Positions 62,379 to 64,000 of a stretch of DNA of 64,000 nt are shown here, one piece after another. The notes under the pieces were generated by a model, which saw only the letters and a program-made list of their open reading frames with translations, had not been told where the DNA came from and did not search any database. Position 1 is the stretch's first letter. Each line of letters begins with the position of its first letter. A program made the translations under genes and the position numbers. The stretch spans positions 49,910,001-49,974,000 of the forward strand of contig NC_135655.1 in NCBI RefSeq assembly GCF_964188315.1. The letters are read 5' to 3'. The stretch comes from Podarcis muralis. Lineage: Eukaryota.

Positions 62379-63178
62379 CATCATATGCATGAAGTTTTAT
62401 TCTGAGTTGTAAGTATATATACACTTTTTTGGGGGGGAAGGGTATTGTAAAAAGTGAGGTCAGAGGGAAATGAAATGCAGAAAAGTACAGACAATTATAT
62501 ACTTAACAGTAATAATTCACAAAACAATTCTTGATGGCACAGACATCCTAGCATTGGTAAGCCAATTAATACATATAATGTGCTAAAAATCCTTTGGCTT
62601 GGTTCAATCCACAAGTGATAGCATTGAAATTCTTGATCTATTGTAATTCAGCAAGTCTCCCTTTGAACTTCATTTGTTCCATGGCTACATAGAGACTGGC
62701 CTGTTTGTCCTATGTTGAATGCCCAAGGGCATCACTGGCTGGTGATGCAGTAAATCACATTGGAAGATGAGCATGTGAATGAACCCTGCATGTTGTGGGT
62801 GGCATTATTAGGTCCTGTAATAGTGTTGTCAAAGTAATTATAAGACAAAGTTTGCATATAAGTCTGTCACAGCAGAATCTCTTTCCAAGGAAATGAGGGA
62901 GAAAAATCCACTACTGTCAGCATACTGCACGGACTATTGTGAGAGATCAACAGAATTTACCGGTAGTTTTAGGGGGTTTAAAAGACAAAGGATTTTTATC
63001 AATTTCCATCATCCCTGGCTATGCTTTCTAGGGCCAATGAGAGTTCTAGTTCGGCAACAGCTGGAGGGTCAAATGTTACCCCTCCTGCTCCAGAGCAAGG
63101 CTGAAATTAATGTTTTTAAATATGTGGTTTACTCAAGAGTATGGACTACAAGTCTGAGACCTAATCTGGATCAGGTTC

Positions 63179-63429
63179 CAGCCGTACCTCGGAAGTCAAA
63201 CAGAATCTGTTCCCAAAGTCCGTTCAACTACTGAAACATTCGACTTCCAAAGCGTGGCTTCCGATTGGCTGCAGGAAGCCCCTGAAGCCAATCGGAAACT
63301 GCAGAAGCCCTGTTGGATGTTCAGCTTCTGAAAAAACATTAGAAAACCAGAACACTCACTTCCGGTTTTCGATTGTTCGGGAGCCGAAACGTTCGACTCC
63401 CAAGGCGTTCGGGAGCTGAGGTACGACTA
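63179..63429. mobile_element. Tigger-like MITE, different family
   Basis: Imperfect TIRs CAGCCGTACCTCGG / CTGAGGTACGACTA, TA on the right. Confidence 0.7.
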
Positions 63430-64000
63430 TAATGAGGTATTTTAATGAGATCTAAACAGAGAGATACCTTAATGGGGGCCACTAGCCTTTGTCTGAGTGA
63501 GTTATCTGGAGTTTGAGTTATTATCTGTTGTTTTTCTTGAACAGATGGAGCAACATAAACTAAGTGTGGTGACTTTAAAGGCTGCTGCACAAGTTACATT
63601 TTAGGTGACAGTGATATGCATTTAGGATTACATCCTACTGAGTTCAATAGAACATGTTTCAGAGTAATCATTTTTAGGACTGGGATACATGACTGAAGTT
63701 GTATTTTTTCCATTCTGAAAACTTAGCATCTATGTTCCAAAATGTGTAATCCCTATAACATACTGCAAGGAAGTTCCAGTTGCCATCGATGTTCAGCAAC
63801 TTGTTTTCCTGATGCAATGTGTGTGCAGTCTTTTCACTTATCACCATGTAACCAACCAATGGTTCTCGCCCATATGTGATTAGGAAAAAAATGTCCAGGG
63901 TGTAAGCTCCAGATAGAAAGTAGTTCTGGCAAGTTTTATTTTAGAAACTGAGACTCTATGTGGGCAGTAGCCTTCTTCCACCTAACAAAACAATAGTAAT

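Overview
Eukaryotic genomic DNA from a squamate reptile, probably a lacertid lizard (judged from its Sauria SINE, CR1/L2 and MITE content). Two complete, convergent protein-coding genes were assembled by hand from GT-AG splice sites with consistent phases. ACP2 (lysosomal acid phosphatase) is on the + strand: 11 coding exons, 21503-30926, 1290 nt, 429 aa. DDB2 (XPE/p48, WD40) is on the - strand: 10 coding exons, 55005-36991, 1536 nt, 511 aa. CpG-rich promoter islands lie at ~17.1-17.9, ~21.0-22.1 and ~57.1-57.8 kb. From amniote synteny (PACSIN3-DDB2-ACP2-NR1H3), the left 17 kb is probably the non-coding 5' region of NR1H3/LXR-alpha (- strand) and the right end approaches PACSIN3 (+ strand). 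No coding exon of either gene was recognised, so these assignments are inference. The rest is transposon-rich: Tc2-like, Tigger-like and hAT MITEs, CR1, L2, Penelope-like fragments, SINEs and microsatellites. I found no clearly new multi-gene system. The best leads are: an LXRE (DR4) plus DR1 cluster at ~9.6-9.7 kb, a possible soluble ACP2 isoform from retention of the last intron, a modular inverted Tc2-like MITE pair with internal minisatellites, a possible DDB2 uORF whose stop is created by splicing, and a MEF2/TATA-linked + strand exon at ~61.6 kb.
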